The translations under genes were made by a program, and so were the position numbers. The notes below the pieces were generated by a model, which had not been told where the DNA came from, ran no database searches, and saw only the letters and a program-made list of their open reading frames with translations. From NCBI GenBank assembly GCA_024679065.1, contig JAGIQG010000020.1, positions 45,384,001 to 45,448,000 of the forward strand: a stretch of DNA of 64,000 nucleotides, given 5' to 3'. Source of the stretch: Sphyrna mokarran (lineage: Eukaryota). This document shows positions 50,868-63,460 of the stretch, piece by piece (the stretch's first letter is position 1; the number at the start of each line of letters is the position of its first letter).

Positions 50868-51898
50868 GTCTATTATTCGTGTGGAGCTATTGTTGATTCT
50901 GAAGCTCAAGGTATTATCCTCTCGCCTGGCTTTCCAGCTGGTTATGTTCCAGGGACACACTGTTTGTGGCAGTTCTTCATTCCAGCTGGAATCCACCTTG
51001 TTTTGGAAGTTTTTGACTTTGACGTGTTTGAGGATCCTCATGATGATAAAACCCAGCCTGGTGAACATTCAACCCCGCCACTGATGTCGAGGGAGGTTTC
51101 TGCTTCACCGCAGAACGGGGCTGCTGAACAGAGTCGAGAGTCCAATAACCTCCACCCTCAAAGGAAGGAACCTGTCCAAGATGGAAGAACGAAGGTGTTT
51201 TTTAATGAGAGCAATGTGTCTAATTCCAAAGCTTCTGATGATGACTACTATATCACCCAATCACACGAAGGCAAGCAAAGGGTTGCACAGGCAGACCCTG
51301 CAAAGCTGGAGATAGTCCAGATGCTGCCATTAGGACAAGATTTCTCAGTCTCAGAATCTCCAATTGATTTGCCCAAGGATGATTCTACAAAGTTAAATTT
51401 GAGTGATCCACTTTCTGAGTTTGGTGATCACAAAGATGTCAGTGTAGACCCACAATTCAACACTGAACGACAGGCTGAGGAGAGACTGGGAATTCACCAT
51501 CTCGAGGTGCAACAAATAAATGATTCAGCTTTACCCACAATGATTCCTGCAACAAAAGTGTCGCCCTTTGTGTCTCCTGAGGTCTGTCCAAATGATGTTT
51601 TATATATTTCAGATCTGATCACATTCTCCGCCCGCTTCTGCGGCGCCAACACTCCCGTCAACAGGACTTTGATGTTTGGTTCTTCCCAGGAGATGGTGGA
51701 GGTGGTGGTAGAGATGATCACTACCACAGACCGGGGGCGAGGCTTTCTTCTTCTTTATCAGTTTAAAGCTGGCCGTGATGCTGATTTCCGAACCTTGATT
51801 AAACACTGGGACCAAGACAACCTGATCCATTCCTTAGTCATTGCTGGTGTTGCTCTCTTGTCTGTAGTTCTTTTGACTGCGCTCTGTCATACCTGGAG
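50868..51898 (+). CDS. CUB-domain membrane protein, exon 2: split CUB domain with 184-aa insert, plus transmembrane helix
   Basis: Acceptor ttttattttcag|GTC, donor AG|gtgagt. Translation VYYSCGAIVDSEAQGIILSPGFPAGYVPGTHCLWQFFIPAGIHLVLEVFDFDVFE...CPNDVLYISD...FCGANTP...DRGRGFLLLYQF matches CUB motifs (CG, SPGFP.Y, C.W, FD, C..D, FCG, GF...Y). TM segment LIHSLVIAGVALLSVVLLTALC. From memory it resembles uncharacterised fish CUB genes such as zebrafish si:dkey-112e17.1; this is unverified, so no symbol is given. Confidence 0.9.
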
Positions 51899-52079
51899 GT
51901 GAGTTTAAACTTTATTCACTTCTGTCTCTGATCCTCTGATGTCCTAGAAACTAAATGTTCCAGCAAAGCTCTGGAAGGTCTTTAGTGTTTAAGGGGGAGA
52001 TGACTTTCAGGATTCAGCTTAAGGTTTATTCCCAGTAGGTTTAGTCAAATACAGTTTGACTATCAGAGAATAGAAAAAA

Positions 52080-53550
52080 AGGATTGCCTTTATATATAGC
52101 CTCAGGGTGTTCCAAAGTCCAAATTAAGTAATATTGAGATGTTAGAATGTGGGAAGCACAGCAGCCAATTTGCACATTGTTAACTCCTACAAACAGAAAT
52201 GTGATTGTGGCCAGATAATCTTTTTATTGATGTTTGTTGAAGGATTGTCCAAGGATAATGCAGAGGTCTGTTGAGATGGTGCCATGGTATATTTTACTTC
52301 TACCTGAGAGCATTTGGATGGAATCTGATTTTAATGTCATACGTGAGTGAACTTCAGTAAGGCCTTTGACAAGGTCTGTCATGGCAGACTGGTGCAGAAG
52401 GTAAAGTCGCACAGGATCAGAGGTGAGCTGGCAAGGTGGATACAAAACTGGTTCAGTCATAGAAGACAGAGGGTAGCAATGGAAGGCTGTGACAAGTGGC
52501 ACTCCTGAGGGATCAGTGCTGGGACCTTTGCTGTTGAAATATATATACAAATGATTTGGAGGAAAACGTAACTGGTTTGATTAAGTTTGTGGACCACACA
52601 AAGGTTGGTGGATTTGCGGGATAGCAATGCCGACCTTCAGAGGATACAACAGGATATAGATCAGTTGGAGACTTGGGTGGCGAGATGGCAAATGGAGTTT
52701 AATCTGGACAAATGTGAGGTAATGCATGTTGTAAGGTCTAATACAGAGAGGAAATGTACAGTAAATGGCAGAATCCTTTAGATATTGATAGGCAGAGGGA
52801 TCTGGGTGTAAAGATACACAGATCACTGAAAGTGATAACGTAGGTGGAGAAGGTAGCCAAGAAGGCAAACGGCATGCTTGCCTTCATCGGCCGGGACATC
52901 GAGTTTAAAAAGTCATTTTGTAGCTTTTTAGACCCTAAGTTAGGCAGCACTTGGAATGTAGTGTTCAATTCTGGTCTTCACACTACCAGCAGGATGGGAA
53001 GGCTTTGGAGAGGGCACAGAAAAGATATGGAGGGCTTTAGTTATGAGGAGAGGTTGGAGGAACTTGTTCTCACTGGAACGACGGACATTGAGGGGCAATG
53101 TGATAAAAGTCTACAATATTATTAGGGGCGTGAAGAGAGTGGATAGTCAGAAACTTTTTCCCGGGGTGGAAGAGTCAATTACAAGGCATATAGGTTTAAG
53201 ATGTGAGACAAAGTTTAAAGGAGATATATGAGGCAAACTTTTTACACAGAGGGTGGTGGGTGCCTGGAACTCACTGCTGGGGGAGGTAGTGGAAGCAGAT
53301 ACAATAGTGACTTCCAAGGAATGTCTTGACAAATACATGAATAGGATGGGAATGGAGGGATATGATCTATGGAAGGGTAGGAGGTTTTAGTTCAGTCGGA
53401 CACGGTTGTTGCGTTCTTGAAGGGCCTGTTCCTGTGCTGTAATTTTCTTTGTTCTTTGTGAAAGACGGCACCTCTGATAATGCAGCACTTTCTCGGCAAG
53501 GAGTTCAACTTTGACAGGCTACTGACTCAAGAAATGACAGTGTTACCCAA
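52080..53550. mobile_element. CR1 RT/3' fragment (+, 52330-53458) nested in a Deu-SINE (-)
   Basis: CR1 FSKAFDK, QMEFNLDKCEVMH; SINE resumes at gaaagacggcacctc. Confidence 0.8.
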
Positions 53551-55539
53551 ATCTGATTCCTTGACCAGAGTGCTCTCAAACAACATGACAATGATTATAC
53601 ATGAATCGATATTACCTTCCTATAATCAATGAAGCATTTGCATTTTGCGGATGAGATGACTAGTGTGCAAACAGCTGGTGTTTAAGGTTATTATGAGCTT
53701 TCATCGACACATGGCCTTTGTTATGTTGTTTTCTCAGTCTGGATACAAATAAAGAGGAATCTATTATAAGAACAAGTCGAATTATCACAGTTCTGAATTT
53801 TTTTATGTTAATTAGAATGTGCTCAGAATCTTAATTGATTCACACAATCTGGCCTTGATAATCTCTGTATACAAATACATCAATGTGCCCATTAAGTTTC
53901 AGAATAAATAGACCATTAGATTTCTTCACGTTCGTGTCTGAATCCAAAATTGATTCTGTTGTATTGTGTCGGGTCTGTGGTACTGTGGAAGGACAGTGGG
54001 GCAAATCACAAATTTCAGGCCACTTTCGGTGAGATCCCCCCATGGGTCATCCAAAGGACAAATCAGTTGTAGTAGTTTATGTGCTGATGAGGTTTCTCTA
54101 TGTCTAGGTCATCTTGTGCCATTGATCATTCTTCTCTCGGATAGCAATCTGCCCCCAGGCTTCTGGAAATGCCTCCCCACCCCCGTAACTAGATGTATGT
54201 TCTCAGGCCTCCCTGTGGAGAAGCACAGGAATTTGTTGGAGGTCTTTTCGCACACAACACCTTATGCCCACCTCCTCTGCTGCCACCATTAAGAATATTG
54301 AGCTGCCAAACAGGGAGGGATGGACTTGTGGAATGAATTATATCTGGATGGTATACAAGTTCCTTTCCCTTCCTGAGGAGAGAAAACAGTGAATCTCCAA
54401 ACTGGAGAGGGTCAGAATATCTGTATCGCAATGGATGGAATCTCTGTGAAAGCTCCCCCAAATTTCCACTGTTAATTTTGGTGAAAGGTTGTCTTAGGGG
54501 GGCTCCACCAACTGATAGGGGATTGAGAAATCCCCAGTGGAATTTTTAACCCCTCCAGATGTTTTGCTGCTGGCTATTTGTGTGTGTCTTGGAACAGTTT
54601 TGGAATCGATCCTGGTGTCATACTGAAAACAGACCACAGCCCACCCTGAACACACAAGAATTTCACTTCAGACACACCGATGGGATCACAAGGGAATTTC
54701 CTGCTGGGAGCAGTATGTCTAGACCTAGAACTCAACTGTATAACTCTTCTAGTCAGTAATTGCCACCAGCATCCTGAAAAATTAGGCTTTCAGCAAAGGT
54801 TAACTGAGTCCAGATGGAATAACTTCACAAATTGTGACTCATGACCTGTTTGACTGACATTTCGTTTCCTGATTTTTGTTTTTCTCTCTCTCTCTCTCCA
54901 TTGCCTATCCACTGAAAACAACATTACTGAGGCCAAATTGTACTTCTAAATTGCTAAGTGTCTACGGCTGATTTTAAAAATAGCTACAAATTGCATAATA
55001 ATGTACACTGATTAGCTAGTCGGCCAATTCTAAGATATCATAATTAAAATGGTTCCTAAACACAGAATGGAGGCAAAACTCCATCAAGCATTTCTCATTC
55101 TTCTCCATGGGTTGGGAAAAGGCCATTCAGCCCCTCAAACCTGTTCCAAGCCATTCACTGAGATCATGGCTGATTGGGATGAAATCACAACATCAAATGG
55201 AAGAAGGCCATTCAGCCCATCACATCTGTGATCCAGTCTAATCACACTATCCAACTCCTGTTCCATAGCCCTGCAGGTTACAGCATTTCACGCTCATTTC
55301 CAAGTATTTCATAAAGGTCAGGAGAATTTCTATCTCTGACATCCTTTCAGACTGTGCATTCTACACGTCCATCACCCTCTGGATGGAAAAGAATCTCCTC
55401 AACTCCCTGCTAATTGTTTCCCAATCCTAACTCCATCCACTGCTTTCACTCAGTAGATTCCCTCAATACCCTTGGTTAGCAAAACTTTATTGATCTCTGA
55501 TTTAAAGTGACAGATTAAGTCCCAGCTTCTGCTGCTTTT

Positions 55540-55835
55540 AAAGTTCATTTATTCGTGTCACAAATAGGTTTACATTAACACTGCAATGAAGTTACTGTGA
55601 AAATCCCCTGGCCGCCACACTCTTGCATCTGTTTGCGTACACCAAGGGAGAATTTAGCATGGCCAATACACCTAACCCAGTACATCTTTCAGGCTGTGGG
55701 AGGAAACTGGAGCACCTGGAGGAAACCCATGCAGACACAGGGAGACCATGCAAACTTCACACAGACAGTGATCCAAGGTGGGAATCAAACCCAGGCCTCT
55801 GGCACTGTGAGGCATCAGTGCTAACCACTGTGCCA
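55540..55835 (-). mobile_element. Full-length V-SINE with tail type B
   Basis: Head gtggcacagtggttagcactgatgcctcacag; tail B at 55540-55605. Confidence 0.85.
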
Positions 55836-55914
55836 CTCTCTATTCCATTACATTCCACACTTCTACCGCCCTTTAGGAGAAATGTTTCCTTACTCCTCTC
55901 TCCTGTTTTTTTTA

Positions 55915-56968
55915 AGGTTGTGTCCTGGTGCAGAAGATACAGAGCATGGGATTGAAGGTGATTTAGCGGTTTGATTAGAACTTGGCTAGCTGCAAAAAGA
56001 TAGAAGGTGATGGTTAATGGGAAATGTTCATCCTGGACATCAGTTTCTAGTGGTGTACTGCAAGGATCTGTTTTGGGGTTGTTTGTCATTTTTATAAATG
56101 ATCTTGATGATAGTGTAGAAGGGTGGGTTAGTTGGTGGAGTTGTGGATGGTAAGGGAAGGATGTTGCAGGTTACAGAAGGACATAGATAAGCTGCAGAGC
56201 TGGGCTGAGAAGTGACAAATGGAGTTTAATGCGGAAAAGTGTGAAGTGATTCACTTTGGGAGGAATATAAAGAATACAGAGTACTTTGGTAGTTTGGATG
56301 AGCAGAGAGATCTCTGTGTACGTGTGCATAGATCCCTGAAAATTGGCACCCAGGTTGATAGGGATGTTAAGAAGGCATACAGTGTGTTAGCTTTTACTGG
56401 TAGAGGGATTGAGTTTAGGAGCCATGTGGTCATGTTGCAACTCTGGCGCAGAAGCACTTGGAGTATTGGAGTTCTGGTCGCCGTGTTATAGGGAGGACGT
56501 GGAAGCATTGGAAAGAGTGCGGAGGAGATTTACCAGGATGTTGCCTGGTTTGGTGGGAAGGTCTTATGAGGAAAGGCTGATGGACTTGAGGCTGTTTTCA
56601 TTAGAGAGAAGGTTAAGAGGTCACTTAATAGAGACAAATAAGATGATCAGAAAATTGGATAGGGTGGGCAGTGTGAATCTTTTTCCTCAGATGGAGATGG
56701 CTAACATGAAGGGACATAGCTTCAAAGTGAGAGGTGATATAGGATAAATTTCAGACATAGGTTCTTACAGAGTAGTAAGAATGTGGAATGCCCTCCTGCA
56801 ACTGTAGTGGATTTGCCAACATTAAAGGCATTTAAATGGTCATTGGATAAACATATGGATGATATTAGAATAGTGCAGGTTAGGTGGGCTTTAAATTGGT
56901 TTCACAAGTCGGCGCAACATCAAAGGCCAAAGGGCCTGTACTGAGCTGTAATATTCTATGTTCTATGT
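55915..56968 (+). mobile_element. CR1 3' fragment, same subfamily as 36469-37742
   Basis: MEFNAEKCEVIHFGRN, RRFTRMLPGLVGRSYEERL.DLRLFSLERR; tail ttctatgttctatg. Confidence 0.9.
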
Positions 56969-57294
56969 ACTATCAGAGAAATATTATTTCGCTCTCTGTC
57001 TCTTGCTCTCAACCTTGTCAATTTCTAAAAATCTATATCAAACCATCTTTTAAACTTCTGTATTCTAGGTATTCAAACTTGTGATCTCTAGCATTGAATC
57101 CCAACTTTCTGTTGGTTCTGCGTTGCACTCTTTCCCTGGTCAATAGACCCTTTGCATTTCAGAGACTGTTGGACTTGGACATGTGTGCACACACATAAGC
57201 AACCAACCAAAAGGTTGGTGACTAAAATTGTGATAAAGTTAACTACAGATAAATAGCTATAAATACTGTCATAATTAATTGGAGTACAACAAAA

Positions 57295-58210
57295 GTTGCA
57301 TTCATATAGCATCTCTAATATTCCAAGGCATTTTATAGGAGCTGTGTATAGTTCTGACTGCTCTATTATAGAAAGGATATTATTAAACTAGAAAGAGTGC
57401 AGAAAATATTTACTAGGCTGCAAAAGGATTTGATGGTTTGAGTTATAAGGAGAGGCAGAATAGACCGGGACTTTTTTCTCAAGGAACGTAGGAAGCTCGG
57501 AGGTGAGCTCACAGAGGTCTGTAAAATAATGAGAGGCATAAATTAGTTAGATAGTCAACATCTTTTCCCAAAGATAGGGGAGTCAAAAGCTAGAGGGCTT
57601 AGGTTCAAGGCGAAAGGGGAGAGATACAAAAGGGTCCAAAGAAGCAATTCTTTCACACAGAGGATGGTGAGTGTTTGGAACAAGCTGCCAGAGATAGTGG
57701 TAGAGACGGGTACAATTTTGTCTTTTAAAAAGCATTTAGGCAGTTATATGGGTAAGGTGGAAATAGAGGGATGTGGGCCAATTGCAGGCAATTGGGACTA
57801 GCTTAGTGACTTAAAAAAAAAGGACAGCATGGACAAGTTGGGCTGAAGAGCCTGTTTCCATACTGTAAACTTCTATGAATGATTATCAAACAGAATTTTA
57901 CACTGAACCATGTAAAATGACATCAGCACAAGTAATCAAAGTGATCGGTTTTAAGAGAGCATCAAACAAGGTGAGGGATTTAGGGATGGAATTCCAGAAC
58001 TTGGGGCCCAGGCAGCTAAAGGCACAGCCGCCAATGTTGGAATGATTCAGAATCTGGGACATGCAAGTGGCCGGAATTGGAAGAGTTCAGAGACTTTTGA
58101 GGTTTATAGAACTGGAGGAGATTACAGAGATAGGAAGGGGTTAGGCCACGGAGGAATTTGGAAACAATTATGAGAATTTAAAAATTGAAGCATTGCGGGC
58201 CAAGAGCCAA
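57295..58210. mobile_element. L2-like remnant (-) with nested CR1 3' end (+, 57350-57880)
   Basis: L2-family body resumes at gattatcaaacagaatttt. Confidence 0.7.
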
Positions 58211-58999
58211 TCTCATAAAAGTCAGTCTCAAAAACAGCCACCATTTCTTTTCTTGAGCCAATTCTTCTCACGATCTTCTAGAGTGTGAGTTTAATTAGAA
58301 CGGAATTGTGGAGTCTTTCTGTTGTTGAGTTGAGACTGACAAACACATTTCAGAAAAGAGATTTTTACGTTAGATGGGGTTGGATTTTAGTCCAGGTTCC
58401 AGACTCGAAGGAAGTACAGCCAATTCCGTCACTCAGTGACCCTAAAAGCAGTTGTAACAGCCCAATCCCAGTCATCTCATTCATACTGTGAAAATATTTT
58501 GATTACGTTCTGAAGAGCTTTTTTTTGTATTGATGCAGCAAACTATTTTAAGCACTTTAAATGCTTGGTAAGTGGTAATGTAGGTGGTAATTCTAACACT
58601 GTGCCATTAGAACTGAATCATCATTTCATGGTGATAACTGTAAATACTTCCTGTATTTGCTAAATGTCTACATACAAGAGACAGAATTATGGTCTGTTGC
58701 ATTGTGCTTTTCTTTAAAGCAACAACAGTTTGCCTTTTTTCTTGTATTTAGTTGCTTATTAACAAGAGGAATATTAGTGCAAAATGACAACATGGATCAC
58801 AACACAAACAGACCATTCAGCCCAACTACTCTGTGCCAGTATCCGTGCTGCGCATGAGCCAATTCACACCCCACTTCATTGCACAATCCACCTATATTCT
58901 TATCTCCCTCCTCTACTTATCCACCTCCCTTTTTAATGTATCCATACTATTTATCTCATATACTCCTTATGGTATAGAGTTCCACATTCTCCCTGCTCT

Positions 59000-59395
59000 C
59001 TAGGTTTGGCTGGGGTTGTTTTCCTTAGAGTTGAGAAGGCTGAGTGGGGATTTGATAGAAGTGTACAAAATTATTAGAAATATAGATAGGAAGAAACTTT
59101 TCCCCTTCAAAGATCATTAACCAGGGGGCATAGATTTGAAGTGCAGGCAAGAGATTTAGAGGGGATTTGAGGAAACACTTTTTCAGCCAGAGTGTGTTGG
59201 GAATCTGGATTCATTGCCTGAAAGGATGGTAAAGGCAGGAACCCTCACACCATTTAGGTGTGTATTTGAATTGCTGTAACATACAAGGCTACAAGCCAAG
59301 TACTGGAAAATGGAATTAGAACAGACAGGTGCTTGATAGTCAGCACAGCCACAATGGGCTGAAGGGTCTCCATCTGTGCTGTAAAACTTTATGAC
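59000..59395 (+). mobile_element. CR1 3' fragment
   Basis: LGLFSLE.RRL.GDLIEVYKI motif; tail. Confidence 0.75.
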
Positions 59396-59986
59396 TCCTG
59401 CAGTGATATCCTGGGACTGAGATAATTGACATCGAATGCCGCAATGATCTCCCGTTGTGCTGGGTACAACTCCAAGCATTGGAGAAGGTTCCCCCTGATT
59501 CCAAAGAAATCAGTTTTGCTAAGATTCCTTATTAATTTGTTTCATAATCTTAAAAACCTTTCCTCAATCAACCTTTAGCCTTCTGTCTTAGAGAGAGAAG
59601 ATTCTCATCCAAGCCACACACTGTTCTAACTTGGAACCACATGGCTGTTCCTTCACAGCCAACATCCTGAAACTCTCCTCCTAACAGAACCGTGAGGGTC
59701 CCTGCACCACATGGACAGCTGCAGTTCGAGAATGTGGGTCTTCAGCACTTTCAAGGGGCTTTAGGGATGGGTATTAAATGTTGGCCTTGCCAGTGACACC
59801 CACATCCCATGAACAAAAGAAAAGAGGCTTTTTCAATCTTTTCTGATGATTATAATTTCTCCCAGGTCCCAGTAGTAATAAGTATTTCTAGGTCAAGCGT
59901 AGCTTTGTTCAATGTGAGCTCCTTTTAATCTGCCTTGACACTTTTTTGCATCGGAACTTTGGGAGCCCCATCCCCAAAATGATTGG

Positions 59987-60006
59987 GGTGTGTGTGTGTG
60001 TGTGTG
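59987..60006. repeat. (GT)n microsatellite
   Basis: About 10 GT units. Confidence 0.9.
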
Positions 60007-60604
60007 ACTTTTGTGTGCAATAGTGCTTCCTATTACAGTCCATTGTTTTTAAAACTCTGAATCTCACCAGAGAAAATGTTTTTTAATCATTTTAAATCAA
60101 GAAAATGCAACCTGTCCTCATCATTTAACCCTGTGAACATCGTTGTGGGGTTGAGGAAAAAAGTCAACACAATGAGCCAAATGCACTCTCTTTGTGCACT
60201 AAACAATTTTTCCCCAACTCTAACACTGGGCTGTGAGTGCGTTCTAATCTGTCAGTGCCATTAGCACACGCTGTGATAACTGATTGTGGCAGCAACAAAC
60301 AGACAGACAGAAAATGCTGCTCCAATGACCTGAAGACTCAACATTATTGACCAACAGCCAACACGTGTGGTCCAAACCAAAGTTTCCTGGAAGAACCCCA
60401 AGTTTTTGTTGCGTCAACTCATTTATTTACTGTAGGAACTTACAGTAATCTTACTGATAAACTTACAGTTTGCAGATGGACTTTATGGTTCTTAGAATCA
60501 AATAACTCAATGAGTGCAAAATTTACATAATATCACCATTTAAGATTAAAAAGTGAAGAAACAGCAAATACTGGATGGATAAATCTGAAATCTTATTCCA
60601 GTTG

Positions 60605-60945
60605 GGGGAAGCGACGGCCTAGTGGCACTATCCCTGGACTATTAATCTAAAAACTCAGGCCAATGTTCTGGGGACCCGATTTGAATCCCACCACAACAAG
60701 ATGGTGGAATTTGAATTCAATTTTTAAAAATCTGGAATTAAAAATCTGATGACCATGAAACCATTGTCAATTATTGGAAAAACCCATCTGACTCTCTAAT
60801 GTCTTTTACGGAAATCTGTCATCCTTAACCAGTCTGGCCTACATGTGACTCCAGATCCAAAGCAATGTGGTTGACAATACCCTCCAAGGGCAATAAATAC
60901 TGGGCCAATCAGCAATGCCCATGTCCCAAGAATGAATTAAAACAT
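60605..60945 (+). mobile_element. Full-length tRNA-derived SINE whose tail matches the L2/Crack-like LINE
   Basis: A box cggcctagtgg, B-box-like gatttgaatccc, tail gggcaataaatactgggcc...cccatgtcccaagaatgaat similar to the LINE end at 34525-34580. Confidence 0.75.
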
Positions 60946-61472
60946 TTTTACTGTTTGAGATACTGTGGATTTCTAGTAGTCCCTCATTTGAATTCCTTTC
61001 ATTTGCTATGAACAAATTCACTTCCCATTGTACCGGAAATCCCCCTGAAAGCACCTGCTTCAATCCAAATCCTAATGTTGCTTGGAAACATCCACCATCC
61101 ACATTCAGGCTGCTGTGAAGCCCAATGAAACCAGTGTGTTCAGGAGTGACTTTTGGTTTTACTCAGCCTAACCAAATCACTAAAACTGGCTTTGTTAGTT
61201 GACACAATTGCTGCTAGTTCTGTTTAAAGAGAATTGGCACATGTAGATGTTATTATTAAACTGGGTCTTGGAAGTCAGGATTGCAGGAACATAGAGAAGG
61301 TACATATAGTTTACAGGAGGGTTCTCTGGCTGACTGTGGGGGGGGGAAAAGCAATTGACCTGTCTTCGTGGAAAGCAGCCAACATTGCCTGAATTCCAGT
61401 GGGAAATCTTAAACACTTGTGGTTAACCTAGACGGACATTGTGTGGCAATGCCTTTTGCTCAAGGTGCTAGG

Positions 61473-61594
61473 AGGGATTTTCCAGCCGTTCATGGCAGTG
61501 GATTCTCCAGTCCTGCTGCAGTGGATGGAGATTTAGCTGAGCACCAAATTCTCCATCCTCGCAATAGCAAACCACGAACAGCTGGAAAATTCTG
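61473..61594. mobile_element. Short MITE-like element with terminal inverted repeats
   Basis: gattttccagccgttc ... gaacagctggaaaatt; internal ggagattt/aaattctcc. Confidence 0.55.
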
Positions 61595-62094
61595 GTTGTT
61601 GTCTCTCGGATCAGCTGGTTTCCGAGAAGAATTCTCTCCCATGTCCTGGCCAACGCATAACTTGATCAAGATCTGAAATCACATTATCTAGTTATTTGTT
61701 TCAATGCTGTTTGTGGGATCTTGCTGTGTGCAAATGGGCTCCCCATGTTTGCTACATTAAATTTTTCATTATCTGCAAAGTACTTGAGTTGTGAATGGCA
61801 TTATATAAATGCAATTATTTTTATTTTGCAATCAGCAATTGAATTACAATCTATAGGAATTGAAGATATGAATGGAATTAAAGATACTCTGTGATCCGTT
61901 TTACAACCTGTTTCCTGTGACTACTCTTCAAGACAAAAGTATGTCCTTGGCTGTGAAGCTTTTTGGGAGGTTCTTGGGTTGTGAGCGGTCCAGTATAAAC
62001 AAAAATCTGTCTTTTTTTATTCAAAGACCCAAATAATGGGACACTTGCCAACTTTCAAAAGCTAAAGCAAAATGTTGTTTTGTTTTTAATATAG

Positions 62095-62143
62095 GAAAAG
62101 GGCTCATTGTAAAGGAAATCACTCCCACTCAAGAACCGGAGAG
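62095..62143 (+). CDS. CUB-domain membrane protein, exon 3 (juxtamembrane cytoplasmic (R)KRAHCKGNHSHSRTGE)
   Basis: Acceptor ttgttttgtttttaatatag|, donor GAG|gtaatt. Completes the phase-2 codon of exon 2 (AG+G) and gives basic residues right after the TM (positive-inside). Confidence 0.7.
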
Positions 62144-62199
62144 GTAATTCTGATTTGTAACAATTTGATTATATAAACTGTCTTTTTTTGTATGAATAC

Positions 62200-62740
62200 A
62201 GAAAATGCTGGAAAAACTCAACAGGTCTGGCAGCATCTGTGAGGAGAGAATGAGTTAATGTTTCGAATCCTTGTGACTTCTCTACGAAGGAGGACTATAT
62301 GGGCTTGAAATGTTAACTCTCTGGAAGAGTTGACACAAACTCAATGGGCTGAATAGCCTCCTATGCTATTCTATGATTCCACAGCAAAATCCTGCAGGTG
62401 CTGGAAATCAGAAATAAAGACAGAAAATGCTGGACACGCTGAGCAGGTCTGGCAGCATCAGTGGCGAGAGAAATATTTAAACCATCAGACACCTTTCACA
62501 CAACAGGGAAAAAGTTGACTGAGAGCTTTAACAGTTTTAACGTAAATACAGATGGGAGGAAAGAACAAAATGGGAGATCTGTAATAGGGTGGAGAGTGGG
62601 AGAGACTAAAAGATAAATATGACAGTGTAGGGCAAAAAGAGGAGGATTTTGCTGGAATGTCAGAGAGCTGAAACATTAATTCTTTTTTCCCCATAGGGAA
62701 CTGACCTGCTAAGTAACTCCAGCGTTTTCTGTTTTTGTAA
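62200..62740. mobile_element. Two decayed Penelope terminal-repeat fragments (family of 23070-23175 and 21170-21300)
   Basis: gaaaatgctgga...aggtctggcagcatc motif twice; inverted gacctgct...tccagcgttttctg. Confidence 0.6.
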
Positions 62741-62881
62741 GAGGTTTACAACACAGAGGCCTTCTCCCCCGTCCCCACCCCCCCCTTCAATGTGGGAAAG
62801 ACCCGCACGTTTGACTGGGGTCTTCACAGCAGTGGTTACAATGGGACTCGAGTGTTGCCATCATCCTTCTCCTCACGGCTG

Positions 62882-63460
62882 GTGTCAGCTGTGGCTCAAT
62901 GGGTCGGAGTTTTGCTTCTGAATCAGACGGTTATGCGTCCAGATTCTACTCCAGAGACTTGAGCACAAAAATTAACACTGACAGTGTGTTACCCAGCTGG
63001 GTGCTGACTGCTGGCACAAGTCATTGCAGGCAGCTGAGGCAGGTCAGTGCTGGTGGCTCGCCAAGGTGGGTGACGTGGGAGAGGGGTGCTGGCGGGGGGG
63101 GAGGTGCTGGCAGGTGACGCAGGGTGAGGGGGGGAAGGGGGGATGTTGTTGGTGCATTAGTGAGGGAATGCTGCACCTCGGAAATGCCGTTTTTTGAATG
63201 AAAGGATAAAGCAAGTTCCTGTCTGCCTTCTTTGGTGGGCACTAATTTGAGGAAATACAGGGAGATGCTTGTTGGTGTCTTGAACAATATTTATCCCTCA
63301 AGCAACGTTGCAAAAAGAGATTATCATTGTCACATTGCTGGCTGGGTGCAAATTGCTGCCACATTTCCCAGATTACAATAGGAAAAGCACTACATCAACT
63401 GTAAAACACTTAGAGACATCCTGTGGTTATAAAAGGCACTCCAGAAAATTATGTCTTTTC
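62882..63460 (+). mobile_element. Deu-domain SINE with a G-rich internal insertion
   Basis: Head gtcagctgtggctca...ctgaatcaga, core aatatttatccctcaa...tcacattgctg...caaattgctgcc. Confidence 0.65.
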
